Of a stretch of 64,000 nucleotides of DNA, positions 63,684 to 64,000 are shown piece after piece; position 1 is the first letter of the stretch, and each line of letters starts with the position of its first letter. The notes beneath the pieces are model-generated. The model worked only from the letters and a program-made list of their open reading frames with translations. It searched no databases and was not told the DNA's origin. Source of the stretch: Eremomyces bilateralis CBS 781.70 (lineage: Eukaryota); NCBI GenBank assembly GCA_010015585.1, contig ML975179.1, one strand, 5' to 3'. The position numbers and the translations under genes are program-made.

Positions 63684-64000
63684 TATGGATCAAGGACGAG
63701 GAGTAACGAATCCATAAAGCAATCGCCCCAAGTGAGGGAAACGCGAACGCTAAGTACTTCTCATCAGAACCATGTTTGTTCTGCTTAGGATTGTCGTCGG
63801 GATCAAGCCATCGAGAAAGATCGAGATAGACAGGACGCGTTGACATCACAGTCAGCGACGACCCAATACCCACGGACGGATTTCGGAGTTGGCGTAAGCT
63901 AGGAAGTTGTATTGGGCAAGGTACGGAATACGGAGTTGAACTTGCGACGACAGTACACAACTTAAACACCATTCGGTTAGTCCGCACCTCATTACAGTAA

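Noticed and set aside
1..64000. rRNA, tRNA, telomeric repeats, Starship captain recombinase, PKS/NRPS
   Set aside because: None recognised by eye; tRNAscan-SE, Infernal and HMM searches would be needed to exclude them.

Overview
Filamentous ascomycete (Pezizomycotina-type) genomic DNA: short GT-AG introns with CTAAC/CTGAC branch points, Zn2Cys6 regulators and RIP-like transposon decay. Four zones. (1) 1-7.6 kb is a transposon nest: the 3' end of a Fot1/pogo-like element, an intact-looking three-exon HNH-nuclease gene, a near full-length mutated Tad-like LINE carrying a nested solo LTR, and a hAT-type MITE. (2) 8-22 kb holds accessory genes (Zn2Cys6 TF, secreted TAP-like hydrolase, hotdog thioesterase, BCS1-like AAA ATPase, PaiB-family protein, CtvD/AurD-like membrane protein) plus a second hAT MITE. 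(3) 22.8-45.6 kb holds core genes, many mitochondrial: CBP4, CHS4/SKT5, MRPL24 with an extra zinc knuckle, GEP3, AAT1 with microexons, YPD1, ARG8, UVE1. (4) 45.7-64 kb is gene-poor and decaying: a small Cys-rich gene, a frameshifted Tc1 element, a disrupted acr-2-like TF, a stand-alone retropepsin-like protease with a mitochondrial-type presequence, and an MFS transporter. The most novel-looking items are the retropepsin-like gene, the TE-embedded HNH gene and the zinc-knuckle-bearing bL28m. All family calls are from motif recognition by eye; no searches were run.
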